Shown in pieces: positions 35,541 to 46,126 of a stretch of 64,000 nucleotides of DNA. This DNA is from an uncultured Flavobacteriales bacterium. GTDB lineage: Bacteria; Bacteroidota; Bacteroidia; Flavobacteriales; Schleiferiaceae. Where the stretch lies: positions 25,400 through 89,399 of the forward strand of contig CATMQD010000001.1 in assembly GCA_950073045.1 (NCBI GenBank), read 5' to 3'. A program made the position numbers and the translations under genes. The stretch's first letter is position 1. Each line of letters begins with the position of its first letter. Under the pieces are notes generated by a model. That model was not told the DNA's origin. It made no database searches and saw nothing but the letters and a program-made list of their open reading frames with translations.

Positions 35541-38138
35541 CTAATTATCGTAGTGTTCCTTGTAAAATTCCTTGTATCCCACAATATCCTGTGCCTTGTA
35601 AAAGGCCGAGAAATTGGAGTTCGAAATTACGAATTGTTCGAAACTCAGCGAAAGGAGTTGTTTTTCAAGGGCCTTTTCATTGTTTAAAGTTTGGAAATAA
35701 GCCATGGCCTGTTGCTTATTAGCCAGCCCACTTACCATAATAAGCTGGTAATCTAAGCCCATTAAAATCTTCTTCACCATTAGTTTGGTGGAAGGGTAAT
35801 ACTTGTTGTTAAAGTTGGAAAGCTCAATCGATATCTGATTGGCATCGGCTCTTTTATTAGGCACTAGTAGCACATATCTGTGCATGGAGCTAAAGTCTGT
35901 CCTGTAAATAGATTCGCTACTCTTGGTTTTTACCTCACCTGCTTCGCTTACCGAACCCATAGCACTTAATACTTTTTGGGCCTCCGCTGATTCTTCCGTT
36001 TGTGGATATCGCTTTAAAACCGCTTCCAAGGCCAGCTTTAATTCATCCATTTTACGCAAACCGGCTTCACAATAAGCACGCAATAAGTAGAATCGTGCTC
36101 CGTATCGACTGTCGGCGTAATTTTCTACTCCCTTTATTGAAAGGGCCAAGGCCGAGCTATAACTCTTAGCTTCATATTTTTCGAGCGCTAAGGCATAGGC
36201 CTGTTTTGCTTCCGATTCATCTACACTTTCCTCTTCTCGACCTTCATTCAGAATAAGGTAAGCGAATTCTGATTGCGGGTAAAGACTAAGGATTTTATTC
36301 TTGTACAATTCTCGATTGGCCTCGTCTTCCATCTGGGTGTAAACCCGATAAAGAATATACCAAGCCCGAGGGCGCTGCTCCAGTTGAGGATAACGTTTTA
36401 GCAAATCCAGAATACTTTCTGCGGCAGCGTTTAAATCTTGAATTTCCTCTTTGTATAGCAAGCCGTTATCAAAAAGAGCAAATTGAATTAAGGAATGACT
36501 AGAATCCATAGCTGCAGAGTCCATTGGAATTTGAGCTAAATAGGTTTGGGGGTCGTATCGGGGATCAAGCTCCTGTTCCTCCTGCGGACCGGTTTCGGTG
36601 CCCGACTCGTTGCTCGGAGCATCGCCCAAAACCACCGATTTATCTTTGCGCCGCCAATTATCTTCAAGCTTTCTATTTCCCCATTTAGCCACAAACTTTG
36701 AAACCCCAGCAGCACGCAAGGTTGGATTATAGAAATAAAACTGCTGGTTGGCATTCCCAACACCTGCTAATCCGCCTAAGCCCGATTGACCTTGATTTCC
36801 ATTATTAAAAGCGAGGTTATCCATCTCCTGTTCCTTGGCTAATAAGGCCTCCTCATCTTCTTCTTTAAGCTTATCAATGATGGATTCTATAACCGCTAAT
36901 TGTTGCTTTTCCGACATCGAAGCCAAGTCTTGTAAGCTATCCTGTAAAGCGATGGTTTGTAGATTGGTAACTAATCTACCGAGACTCTTTTTCAAAACGC
37001 CAACCATCTCATATTTAGGGTGGTCCTTGGGTAAAAATTGATAACAGCTATCATAATAAGCCTGAGCGTCTTCGTAAACCTTTTCGTCAAAGCGGATTTC
37101 GGCCAACCACAAATAACTAATTCCCTTTTGTTTATTGTTTTGGGTGCTTACGCGAATGGATTTATTTAAGAAGTGATCGCGATCATCTTCATCGCCAAGC
37201 TTCTCGGCCACCTCGGCCATTACGTAATAGATCTGATCTCGGTTGTCGTAATTCTTTTCGTCCTTCAGCATTTTCTCCAGCTTGGTATAAGCTTCGGAGG
37301 GGTCCATTAGGTTTACATCGTAATTACGAGCCTGGTTAAGCTGAGCGTTAAAAAGCAATTCATATGGCGGACCTTTCTTAATTACCTTGTCAAATAGTTG
37401 ACTTGCTTCATAGTCGCGCCCCAATTTGGCTTGCAGCTGTCCGCAGATGTATAACCAACGAACTTCCAATTCTTTATCATCGGTTTTTTCGGCCGCTTGT
37501 ATCAATAGTTGGTAGGCGTTTTCGTAATTGCCTTGCACAAACTCTAAATGGGCGAATGATGCAAATACATCTGCATTTAAATGCCCAGAAAGAGATGGGC
37601 TGCTGTATAATTTATCGAATCGGGCTTTGGCTGGAATAAAGTTTTCCATAGCCGTTTCGGTTTTAGCGGCCCACAGTTCGGCCTCGGATCTAATTTCTGG
37701 ATCACGGAATTTCTGAATTACAAAGTTGAAGGTTTCGAGTGCTGCGGGGTAGTTCCGATTAAAGTAATGTGCCTTACCCATAATGAGGTAGGCATCATCG
37801 ATGTATTTATTCTTTTGTTTACCATCAATCATCATTGAATGATTTTGGATGGTTTTGGTGCCTTTCTCGAGTGTCTTCTCTAAATCTGGTTTTACGCTGG
37901 AGGCGGTTTGCTCGGTACCTTCGCGGTAGATGGATAAAAATTCATCATAATTATCCTCGTGTTGCGTTCGAAGAGTGGTTCTTGCTTTAATTAGGGCTTG
38001 TTCGCCGTTAAATAAGATATTGTATTTACTCACCATTCGGTGGTAAGTGCGAGCCGTGAAAATATCTTTGGTACGTGAGCAGGAGCCCAGTCCAAGGACG
38101 ATAATCAGGAAAAGGAAAATGATACGTGCCGACTTCAA
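35541..38138 (-). CDS. sprE: T9SS/gliding TPR lipoprotein SprE/PorW
   Basis: Lipobox LGSC; RTYH..VSKYNILFNG; FYFYNP...WGNRKLEDNWR; TPR repeats. Confidence 0.85.
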   Translation of the reverse strand: MKSARIIFLFLIIVLGLGSCSRTKDIFTARTYHRMVSKYNILFNGEQALIKARTTLRTQHEDNYDEFLSIYREGTEQTASSVKPDLEKTLEKGTKTIQNHSMMIDGKQKNKYIDDAYLIMGKAHYFNRNYPAALETFNFVIQKFRDPEIRSEAELWAAKTETAMENFIPAKARFDKLYSSPSLSGHLNADVFASFAHLEFVQGNYENAYQLLIQAAEKTDDKELEVRWLYICGQLQAKLGRDYEASQLFDKVIKKGPPYELLFNAQLNQARNYDVNLMDPSEAYTKLEKMLKDEKNYDNRDQIYYVMAEVAEKLGDEDDRDHFLNKSIRVSTQNNKQKGISYLWLAEIRFDEKVYEDAQAYYDSCYQFLPKDHPKYEMVGVLKKSLGRLVTNLQTIALQDSLQDLASMSEKQQLAVIESIIDKLKEEDEEALLAKEQEMDNLAFNNGNQGQSGLGGLAGVGNANQQFYFYNPTLRAAGVSKFVAKWGNRKLEDNWRRKDKSVVLGDAPSNESGTETGPQEEQELDPRYDPQTYLAQIPMDSAAMDSSHSLIQFALFDNGLLYKEEIQDLNAAAESILDLLKRYPQLEQRPRAWYILYRVYTQMEDEANRELYKNKILSLYPQSEFAYLILNEGREEESVDESEAKQAYALALEKYEAKSYSSALALSIKGVENYADSRYGARFYLLRAYCEAGLRKMDELKLALEAVLKRYPQTEESAEAQKVLSAMGSVSEAGEVKTKSSESIYRTDFSSMHRYVLLVPNKRADANQISIELSNFNNKYYPSTKLMVKKILMGLDYQLIMVSGLANKQQAMAYFQTLNNEKALEKQLLSLSFEQFVISNSNFSAFYKAQDIVGYKEFYKEHYDN

Positions 38139-38285
38139 AAGAATGCGCCTAATTCGGTTTGGGATGAATTAACAAACAAAGGGCAAAAATATTGTAATCT
38201 AAATACTAAGCTTCGAAAAGAGACGCTTTTAAGCAAAAAGCTAATTTCTGTGGAGCGCCAGCAGGGATTTTAGATATTTGCAGAA

Positions 38286-39152
38286 ATGGCCAAAGAGCGA
38301 AAAGAATCAAATAAAGTAATCACCAAGTTGCGGAACAAATACCGTTTGGTGATATTAAATGATGACACCTTTGAGGAAAAGCTCAGCTTTAAGTTGAGTA
38401 GGCTTAATGTGTTTGTAGTATCTGGTCTTAGTGGCATTTTATTAATTGCCGGCACCACTCTACTAATAGCGTTTACTCCTCTTAGAGAGTATATTCCTGG
38501 TTACTCTAGCACTAAATTAAAGAGAGATGCCATTCGCTTGGCGAGCGTAACCGACAGCATCGAAAACCAATTAGCCTATAATGCACGCTACTTGGAAAAT
38601 ATTCAAGGAGTAATAAGTGGGCGAGCACCAATTGACTTTAGCGATAGCTTGGTTGTGGATAGTTTAAATCAGGCCAGCCTAGAATTTAGTCCTAGTGAAG
38701 AGGATTCGGTTTTACGTAAATTGGTAGAAGAGGAAGAGCGTTTTAACATTCCGGTGGAGAATGAAAATCGTCTGAAGCTGCAGAGCATGAATTTCTTTTC
38801 TCCCATCAAGGGCTTGGTTACTAACACTTTTAATCCCGAAGATGATCATTTAGGTGTTGATGTAGTAGCGAAGGAAAATGAAGTGATTAAAGCTTCTCAG
38901 GATGGTCGAGTGATTTTCTCAGAATGGACAGCCGAAACAGGTTATGTGCTAATTATTCAGCACGCAGAGAAGTTTATCTCAGTGTATAAGCACAATTCTG
39001 CTTTATTAAAATCGCAAGGAGAAGAAGTTTCGGCTGGTGAACCAATAGCTTTTATTGGTAATTCGGGTGAGCTTAGTTCTGGGCCACATCTGCATTTCGA
39101 GCTTTGGTTTAATGGCTACCCTGTAGATCCGCAAGAGTATATCTTGTTTTAA
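38286..39152 (+). CDS. Membrane-anchored M23 family metallopeptidase
   Basis: N-terminal TM and coiled coil; HLGVD (HxxxD) and GPHLHFE (HxH). Confidence 0.92.
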   Translation: MAKERKESNKVITKLRNKYRLVILNDDTFEEKLSFKLSRLNVFVVSGLSGILLIAGTTLLIAFTPLREYIPGYSSTKLKRDAIRLASVTDSIENQLAYNARYLENIQGVISGRAPIDFSDSLVVDSLNQASLEFSPSEEDSVLRKLVEEEERFNIPVENENRLKLQSMNFFSPIKGLVTNTFNPEDDHLGVDVVAKENEVIKASQDGRVIFSEWTAETGYVLIIQHAEKFISVYKHNSALLKSQGEEVSAGEPIAFIGNSGELSSGPHLHFELWFNGYPVDPQEYILF

Positions 39153-39610
39153 ACCCCATTTTGCATTTCATAGCCTTCATCTGCTGGTAGTCCTGGCTGT
39201 TCACTAGCCGCCACTGCTAAACGATCGCAACGTTCATTTTGAGGATGGTCGTTATGTCCTTTTACCCAATGGAAAGTTACCTGATGTTTTTGTAAGAGGG
39301 GAATCATTCGTTTCCAGAGGTCGATGTTTTTTTTTCCTTTAAAGCCTTTTTGGATCCATGATTTTAGCCACCCTTTATTGATGGCGTCTACCACATATTT
39401 AGAATCGGATACCACTTTAACTTGTGAACCTGGTTTTTTTAAGGCTTCTAAACCCACAATAACCGCCAGTAGCTCCATGCGATTATTGGTAGTTTTCCGA
39501 AATCCAGCCGCTAATTCCTTGCGAAATTTCCCAGCTTCTAGGACAATACCGTATCCCCCCGGACCAGGGTTTCCCTTGGCCGCGCCATCTGTGTAAAGAA
39601 ATATGATCAT
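39149..39610 (-). CDS. rnhA: Ribonuclease HI
   Basis: YTDGAAKGNPGPGG; TTNNRMEL; WVKGH...NERCDRLA. Confidence 0.97.
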   Translation of the reverse strand: MIIFLYTDGAAKGNPGPGGYGIVLEAGKFRKELAAGFRKTTNNRMELLAVIVGLEALKKPGSQVKVVSDSKYVVDAINKGWLKSWIQKGFKGKKNIDLWKRMIPLLQKHQVTFHWVKGHNDHPQNERCDRLAVAASEQPGLPADEGYEMQNGV

Positions 39611-39611
39611 G

Positions 39612-40178
39612 CTATAAGTTAGGCAGCAGATACTCTATTACCGAGGGATAATGGCGATGTTCGAGTTCGCGAACCTTGTATTCCACATCCTCCCAGGTAT
39701 CTTCAAAGTCGATTTCAACTTCTTCCTGAAAAATGATTTCTCCTTCATCATAATCTTCACTTACGTAGTGAATGGTGATTCCAGAAACCTCTTCTTCATT
39801 CTCCACAACGGCTTGATGAACGTGTTTTCCAAACATCCCTTCACCACCATAATCGGGTAAAAGTGACGGATGAATGTTAATTATTCGTTGTTCAAAGGCC
39901 TTAATAAGCTCCGTTGGGATTTTTCTTAAGAAGCCAGCAAGCACTACTAAATCGCATCTTAGGTTCTCCAGTTTTTGCTGAAGAGTACCATCTTCCACCT
40001 CTTTATTACTAAGGGTAATGGCCCTAATTCCTAGCTTGCGGGCTTTGTCTAAAACCCCAGCATCAGCCCGATTGGTAATGATTGCCACCACACGGGCAAT
40101 GTCACTGTCTTCAAAATAACGCGCGATATTATCGGCGTTGGTCCCTGAACCAGAAGCAAGGACTACAATATTTTTCAT
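39612..40178 (-). CDS. purN: Phosphoribosylglycinamide formyltransferase
   Basis: VLASGSGTN; INIHPSLLP; SGITIHYV. Confidence 0.96.
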   Translation of the reverse strand: MKNIVVLASGSGTNADNIARYFEDSDIARVVAIITNRADAGVLDKARKLGIRAITLSNKEVEDGTLQQKLENLRCDLVVLAGFLRKIPTELIKAFEQRIINIHPSLLPDYGGEGMFGKHVHQAVVENEEEVSGITIHYVSEDYDEGEIIFQEEVEIDFEDTWEDVEYKVRELEHRHYPSVIEYLLPNL

Positions 40179-40289
40179 GGCAAAAATCTACCCCACGAAA
40201 ATACAAAAGCAAATAAACCAAGCACAAAACAAGTTTCCCATTTTGATTTATTTCCTTTCTTTGCAGCTTATAATTTTAAACAAATTATC

Positions 40290-40526
40290 ATGTCAGAAAT
40301 CGCTTCTAAAGTAAAAGCTATCATTGTAGATAAGCTAGGAGTAGACGAAAACGAAGTAACCAACGAAGCAAGTTTCACCAATGATCTTGGAGCTGACTCT
40401 TTGGACACCGTAGAGTTAATTATGGAATTCGAAAAAGAATTCGATATCCAAATTCCAGACGACCAAGCTGAGAACATCACTACTGTAGGTCAGGCTGTAG
40501 CCTATATCGAAGAGGCCAAAAAGTAG
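40290..40526 (+). CDS. acpP: Acyl carrier protein
   Basis: [12 protein letters not shown]. Confidence 0.99.
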   Translation: MSEIASKVKAIIVDKLGVDENEVTNEASFTNDLGADSLDTVELIMEFEKEFDIQIPDDQAENITTVGQAVAYIEEAKK

Positions 40527-40534
40527 TTTCCAAT

Positions 40535-41785
40535 ATGGAACTAAAAAGGGTTGTAGTAACAGGATTAGGAGCATTAACTCCTATCGGTAACGACGTGGAT
40601 ACCTACTGGCAAGCATTGCTAGCGGGTAAAAGCGGTGCGGCCCGAATTACCCGTTTTGACCCTGCAAAGTTCAAAACGCAATTCGCTTGCGAGCTGAAAG
40701 ACTTTGATGTAAAAGAGTTCATTGATCGCAAGGAAGCGCGCCGTATGGATCGATTTACCCAATATGCTTTAGTTACTGCCGACCAGGCGGTGGCAGATAG
40801 CGGCATTGGTGATCTCGATTTAAATCCAGAGCGTGTTGGCGTAATTTGGGGTTCCGGAATTGGAGGATTGGATACCTTTCAAGAAGAGTGTTTAAATTTC
40901 GCTAAAGGCGATGGCACTCCTCGTTTTAATCCATTCTTTATACCTAAAATGATTGCTGATTTGGCCCCAGGTCATATCAGTATCAAATACGGTTTCCGCG
41001 GTCCGAATTATTCCACAGTATCCGCTTGTGCTTCTTCTACAAATTCATTAATCGATGCTTTCAATTATATCCGTTTGGGTAAAATTGATGTTTGCCTTTC
41101 TGGAGGTAGCGAAGCAGCAGTTAATGAATCAGGAATGGGTGGCTTTAACGCCATGCATGCCCTCAGCACCCGCAACGAATCTCCCGAAACTGCCAGTCGA
41201 CCATTTGATAAAGATCGAGATGGCTTTGTATTAGGTGAAGGTGCAGGATGCTTAGTATTAGAAGAATACGAACATGCTAAAGCCCGAGGCGCCAAAATTT
41301 ATGCAGAATTGATTGGCTCCGGTATTTCTGCCGACGCCCATCATATTACTGCCCCTCATCCAGAAGGATTAGGTGCCATCGGTGTTATGAAGCAAGTTTT
41401 AGAAGAATCTGGCTTAAAGCCTGATGAAGTTGATTACATCAATGTACACGGAACTTCTACCCCCTTGGGGGATGTTGCTGAATTAAAGGCAATAAAATCC
41501 GTGTTTGGTGAAAATGCTTATCGTTTAAATATCAGCTCAACAAAATCGATGACTGGTCACCTTTTAGGTGCTGCTGGTGCGGTTGAGGCCATTGCCTCTG
41601 TTTTAGCGGTAAAAAATGATATCATTCCTCCAACGATTAATCACTTTACCGATGACCCGGATATTGATCCAGGTTTAAATCTTACTTTCCATCAAGCACA
41701 GAAACGTGAAGTGCGCGCTGCCATTAGCAATACCTTTGGTTTTGGAGGGCACAACGCTTCAGTATTGTTTCGCAAGCTTTCCTAA
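40535..41785 (+). CDS. fabF: 3-oxoacyl-ACP synthase II
   Basis: SACAS, HGTSTP, GHLLGAAG, NTFGFGGHN. Confidence 0.98.
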   Translation: MELKRVVVTGLGALTPIGNDVDTYWQALLAGKSGAARITRFDPAKFKTQFACELKDFDVKEFIDRKEARRMDRFTQYALVTADQAVADSGIGDLDLNPERVGVIWGSGIGGLDTFQEECLNFAKGDGTPRFNPFFIPKMIADLAPGHISIKYGFRGPNYSTVSACASSTNSLIDAFNYIRLGKIDVCLSGGSEAAVNESGMGGFNAMHALSTRNESPETASRPFDKDRDGFVLGEGAGCLVLEEYEHAKARGAKIYAELIGSGISADAHHITAPHPEGLGAIGVMKQVLEESGLKPDEVDYINVHGTSTPLGDVAELKAIKSVFGENAYRLNISSTKSMTGHLLGAAGAVEAIASVLAVKNDIIPPTINHFTDDPDIDPGLNLTFHQAQKREVRAAISNTFGFGGHNASVLFRKLS

Positions 41786-41797
41786 TTAAGCTTTAGC

Positions 41798-42547
41798 TTG
41801 ATGTTTTCTTTTTTAAAAAAATGGAGTTCCCGTCCCTCAAAAGGCGGGAACTTTTTGTTTGAAATCGAAAAAATTACCGGCTTCAAAGTTCAAAAAGAAG
41901 GCCTCTACAGACTTGCGTTCACCCATAGTTCTGCCGGTAAAGAGTTAAAATCGGGGCAAAAATTAAATAATGAGCGTCTTGAGTTTTTAGGAGATGCCAT
42001 TTTAGGAGCGGTAATTACCGATTACCTCTATCGTATTTATCCAAATCGAGAAGAAGGCGAATTAACTAGTTTGCGCAGTAAACTGGTTAGTCGAAAACAT
42101 CTAAATGAATTGGGAAACACCATGAATTTAGAGCGCTTATTAGACTTCACCCCTACTCGAGGAACGAAAGCAAAGTCGCTAAATGGCGATGCTTTTGAAG
42201 CGCTTATCGGTGCGTTATATCTGGATCACGGTTATGAAGCTTGCCAGAAATTTTTAGAGAAGCAAGTACTTCGTAAACTCGATATCGAAAAGCTTGCCCA
42301 AAGGCTTACTTCCTACAAAAGCGCTTTGTTGGAGTGGAGCCAAAAAGAAAAAAGGAACGTTGAATTTAAATTACTTCGTACCGAAGGTAAAAGTCACGAT
42401 CCTATGTATTATGTAGCCTGCATGCTTGGCCATCAAGAGGTTAGTCAAGGTTTTGGTGCTACCAAAAAGAAATCTGAGGAAGAGTCTGCGAGAGCTGCAT
42501 TCCAAACTTTAAATTTGCCGAATGGCAAAGTTCAAACTCGAGCTTGA
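41798..42547 (+). CDS. rnc: Ribonuclease III
   Basis: NERLEFLGDAIL; DAFEALIGALYLD; dsRBD. Confidence 0.97.
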   Translation: MMFSFLKKWSSRPSKGGNFLFEIEKITGFKVQKEGLYRLAFTHSSAGKELKSGQKLNNERLEFLGDAILGAVITDYLYRIYPNREEGELTSLRSKLVSRKHLNELGNTMNLERLLDFTPTRGTKAKSLNGDAFEALIGALYLDHGYEACQKFLEKQVLRKLDIEKLAQRLTSYKSALLEWSQKEKRNVEFKLLRTEGKSHDPMYYVACMLGHQEVSQGFGATKKKSEEESARAAFQTLNLPNGKVQTRA

Positions 42548-43025
42548 GGACTTCGGTAATTCTATCGACACCGCTTTTGGATTAATCAGTCGAGAAGGCG
42601 CTTTAAGGCTTTGCTACATCCTTAACCAAGAATTAGAGGGTCTGGGCTTCCATCGTTTAAAAGAAGACCTCTACAGCGACTATAAAGGTAGTCGTTATCT
42701 TTTTCGAAACTGGGGATATTATGATCAACTGGGGGAATTCGATATCAAATTAGTCGAAAATCGATCCTACCACAGTATCGGCGGGGAATCTACCTTAGGA
42801 AGTTTATTCGCCGAAGAAATGACTCGCGAAAAAAATTGGCTCTCAAATAAAGATGGCTTCAATTTTTTTCTTTGGTTTGAAGGAAATATAGAAAACGTAA
42901 AATTTACACTTAGGTGGCAAGAGCGCCTTCAATCTTGCACGGCCATTCAGGGGCTTAAAAAGCTAGAGGGCAAAAACTTAGAACGATTAAACAAATCCAT
43001 AAAATACTATCATGACAGCAAATAA
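42522..43025 (+). CDS. Hypothetical protein, probably a divergent IPExxxVDY family member
   Basis: Position between rnc and pyk; KLELEDF and RLCYILNQ N-terminus; the namesake motif is not recognisable. Confidence 0.55.
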   Translation: MAKFKLELEDFGNSIDTAFGLISREGALRLCYILNQELEGLGFHRLKEDLYSDYKGSRYLFRNWGYYDQLGEFDIKLVENRSYHSIGGESTLGSLFAEEMTREKNWLSNKDGFNFFLWFEGNIENVKFTLRWQERLQSCTAIQGLKKLEGKNLERLNKSIKYYHDSK

Positions 43026-44442
43026 AGCAAAGATTTTGGCCACTTTGGGTCCAGCCTCGGACGATTACGAAATCATGAAAAAGATGGTTCATGCCGGCGT
43101 AAATGTCTTTAGGATTAACTTTTCACATAGTAGCCATGATGCTGCGCGTGAAATTGTGGAAAAGGTGCGCAAGCTTAATGAAGAGCTTAATACTAACATT
43201 GCCGTTTTAGCCGATTTACAAGGACCAAAGCTAAGGGTAGGAACAGTGAAAGATGGGTCAAATTTAAAGGTTGGAGATATCCTAACCTTTACCAATACTG
43301 AGCAAGAAGGCGATGCCAAGGAGGTCTACATGACCTATGAGAAATTCGCTAGTGATGTGAGAACTGGTGATCGTATTTTGATTGACGATGGTAAACTAAT
43401 CCTCGAGGCTGTACAAAGCAATGGCAAGGACAAAGTGGAGGCCAAGGTAATTCAGGGTGGTCCATTAAAATCCCGAAAAGGTGTTAATCTACCAAATACA
43501 CGCATCAGCTTGCCTTGTTTAACAGAGAAGGATCTTGCGGATTTAAACGTAGCCATGGAGTGTAAGGTAGAGTGGGTTGCATTATCCTTTGTTCGAAACC
43601 CAAATGATGTGTATCAGCTACGTGATATTTTACAGCAGAATGATGCCCCTTGTCATATTATCTCTAAAATAGAGAAGCCCGAAGCGGTGGTTGAAATTGA
43701 TGAAATTATAGAGGCTTCTGACGGTATTATGGTAGCTCGAGGCGATTTGGGAGTAGAAGTTCCCATGCAAGGGGTTCCGCTTATTCAGAAGATGATTGTA
43801 AATAAGTGCCACCTAGCTGCAAAACCTGTGGTTATTGCTACCCAAATGATGGAAACCATGATCGAAAACCTTACTCCCACCAGAGCAGAGGTAAACGACG
43901 TGGCTAATTCTGTTTTAGATGGCGCCGATGCGGTAATGCTTAGCGGAGAGACTTCGGTAGGTAAGTATCCGGTAGAAGTTATCGAAGCCATGAGTAAAAT
44001 TATCGCCCATGTAGAGGAGAGCGGTCAGGTTTCGGTAAAAGAAGAAAACCCTCCTCGCTACCGCAATAAACGCTTTATAACGGATTCCATCTGCTATAAT
44101 GCCAGTAAAGTGGCTGATCAAATCGGGGCAGCGGCAATTTTAACGATGACCTTTAGCGGTTACACGGCTTTTAAAATTTCTGCACACCGACCTAAGAGTA
44201 ATATCTTCATGTTTACTTCCAATCGTAGCATCCTTAATACCATGAGCTTGTTATGGGGAGTGCGTGGTTTCTTTTACGATAAAATGGTAAGTACCGACGA
44301 AACCTTTGAGGATATTAAGCAGATTGTTATTGATAGTAATTTGGTAAGTGAGGGCGACCTTATTGTGAAGATTGCCAGCATGCCAATTCATGATCAGGGA
44401 ATGACCAATATGCTTAAAATTTCCAGTATTAATGAGGCCTAA
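43012..44442 (+). CDS. pyk: Pyruvate kinase
   Basis: KILATLGPAS; RINFSH; IISKIEK; MVARGDLGVE; MLSGETSVG. Confidence 0.98.
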   Translation: MTANKAKILATLGPASDDYEIMKKMVHAGVNVFRINFSHSSHDAAREIVEKVRKLNEELNTNIAVLADLQGPKLRVGTVKDGSNLKVGDILTFTNTEQEGDAKEVYMTYEKFASDVRTGDRILIDDGKLILEAVQSNGKDKVEAKVIQGGPLKSRKGVNLPNTRISLPCLTEKDLADLNVAMECKVEWVALSFVRNPNDVYQLRDILQQNDAPCHIISKIEKPEAVVEIDEIIEASDGIMVARGDLGVEVPMQGVPLIQKMIVNKCHLAAKPVVIATQMMETMIENLTPTRAEVNDVANSVLDGADAVMLSGETSVGKYPVEVIEAMSKIIAHVEESGQVSVKEENPPRYRNKRFITDSICYNASKVADQIGAAAILTMTFSGYTAFKISAHRPKSNIFMFTSNRSILNTMSLLWGVRGFFYDKMVSTDETFEDIKQIVIDSNLVSEGDLIVKIASMPIHDQGMTNMLKISSINEA

Positions 44443-44674
44443 AGATTGGCAAGAAAAAGATAATAGCTTGGTTCGGGAATTTGTTTTCACAGATTTCCGG
44501 ACCGCTTTTAATTTCTTGCAAGAGGTGGCTTCTTTAGCTGAAGAGCATCAGCATCATCCCGAGATACACAATGTATATAATAGGGTAAAGCTATCCCTAA
44601 GCACGCATGATGCTGGTGGTGTAATTACAGAAAAAGATTTAAGCTTAGCTGAGGCTATTAATAAGCTGCTTTAA
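44432..44674 (+). CDS. phhB: Pterin-4-alpha-carbinolamine dehydratase
   Basis: AEEHQHHPEI..VYNRV...LSTHDAG..TEKD. Confidence 0.92.
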   Translation: MRPKDWQEKDNSLVREFVFTDFRTAFNFLQEVASLAEEHQHHPEIHNVYNRVKLSLSTHDAGGVITEKDLSLAEAINKLL

Positions 44675-45677
44675 ACTGCTCTAAGAAGCGCAGGTCATTC
44701 TCAAACAACATTCGGATATCTGGAATTTGGAAGCGATGTAAAGCAATACGCTCCACGCCAATTCCAAATGCAAAACCTGAATACACTTCAGGATCTATAC
44801 CGTTGTTTTTCAAAACATTCGGATCTACCATTCCGCATCCTAATACTTCTAACCAACCGGTTCCTTTGGTCATTCTATAGTCGCGCTCATTTTCCAATCC
44901 CCAATAAACGTCCATTTCGGCACTTGGCTCAGTAAAAGGGAAGTAGGACGGTCGAAGACGAATTTTAGTATTAGGGCCAAAAAACTCTTGAGCAAAATAT
45001 AGTAGGGTTTGCTTTAAATCTGCAAAGCTTACATCCTTATCGATGTACAAACCTTCAACTTGATGGAAAAAGCAGTGTGAGCGAGCAGATATCGCTTCAT
45101 TTCTAAACACTCTTCCTGGTGATATCGTGCGAATTGGGGGCTTGCTGTTTTCCATAACACGAACCTGTACACTGGAGGTATGCGTGCGCAAGGCCCAATC
45201 TGGATCTCGTTCCACAAAAAAAGTATCTTGCATATCCCTGGCGGGGTGCTCTTCTGGAAAGTTTAGAGCCGTAAAGTTGTGCCAATCATCTTCTATTTCT
45301 GGTCCTGCAGAAACGTTAAAGCCAATACTACGAAAAATGGAAACGATTTCGTTTTTAACGAGGTTAACTGGGTGGCGAGAGCCAAGGCTTGTAAAATTTG
45401 CTGGACGGCTTAAATCTTCTCCTGAAACACTATCTGAAGACTCTTCGGCATCAGCTTTAAGCTCTGAAACCTTTTCTTGTGCAAATTTCTTTAACTCATT
45501 GAGGGGTCTTCCAAATTCTTTTTTCTGATCTCCGGCCATTTCCCGGAAATCGTTGAACAGGGAAGTGATTTTGCCTTTTTTACCAAGCATTTCCACGCGA
45601 AAAGACTCCACTTCTGCAGTTGCTTTGGTACTGAATTCTTCTACTTCACGGAGCAACAAATCAATGCGTTCTTTCAT
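44658..45677 (-). CDS. pheS: Phenylalanine--tRNA ligase alpha subunit
   Basis: HPARDMQDTF; LRTHTSSVQ; YFPFTEPS; FAFGIGVER. Confidence 0.98.
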   Translation of the reverse strand: MKERIDLLLREVEEFSTKATAEVESFRVEMLGKKGKITSLFNDFREMAGDQKKEFGRPLNELKKFAQEKVSELKADAEESSDSVSGEDLSRPANFTSLGSRHPVNLVKNEIVSIFRSIGFNVSAGPEIEDDWHNFTALNFPEEHPARDMQDTFFVERDPDWALRTHTSSVQVRVMENSKPPIRTISPGRVFRNEAISARSHCFFHQVEGLYIDKDVSFADLKQTLLYFAQEFFGPNTKIRLRPSYFPFTEPSAEMDVYWGLENERDYRMTKGTGWLEVLGCGMVDPNVLKNNGIDPEVYSGFAFGIGVERIALHRFQIPDIRMLFENDLRFLEQFKAAY

Positions 45678-45752
45678 TATATAATGCTAATAAGCCTTTC
45701 GCCTGCGTTAATTATTATATTTGAAGCGCAAAGATAATTATTTAGCATAGTC

Positions 45753-46124
45753 ATGGCCGGGTTTTATCGATCCTTACTACTTCTAAGCGCCGCTCTGTTT
45801 CTAGCTGGTTCATGCAGCCAGGATGATAGGGATTTCGCGCTTGATCTTTATGTTACCGTAGAAGACGGTACAATTGCGGCTCAAAATGCGCTCGTGCACA
45901 TTTATGCCCCAGTGGATAACACTACCGTGGATTACTTCCTCTATACCGATGAGGAAGGAAAAGTTTCAATTAGCCTAAATAATAAGGCTGTTGTTGAAGT
46001 GGTTGCCACTAAGAGACCTTATAAAAGCTGCACTTATGCCGAGCTTGAAAGGGGCGTTAAAACAGTTTATCTGGATATGACCATCTCGGGTGATCCTGAT
46101 AGTGGATGTAGAGACGATCAGTAA
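45753..46124 (+). CDS. Hypothetical small lipoprotein
   Basis: Lipobox AGSC plus SQDDRD; paralogous to the next gene. Confidence 0.75.
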   Translation: MAGFYRSLLLLSAALFLAGSCSQDDRDFALDLYVTVEDGTIAAQNALVHIYAPVDNTTVDYFLYTDEEGKVSISLNNKAVVEVVATKRPYKSCTYAELERGVKTVYLDMTISGDPDSGCRDDQ

Positions 46125-46126
46125 TT

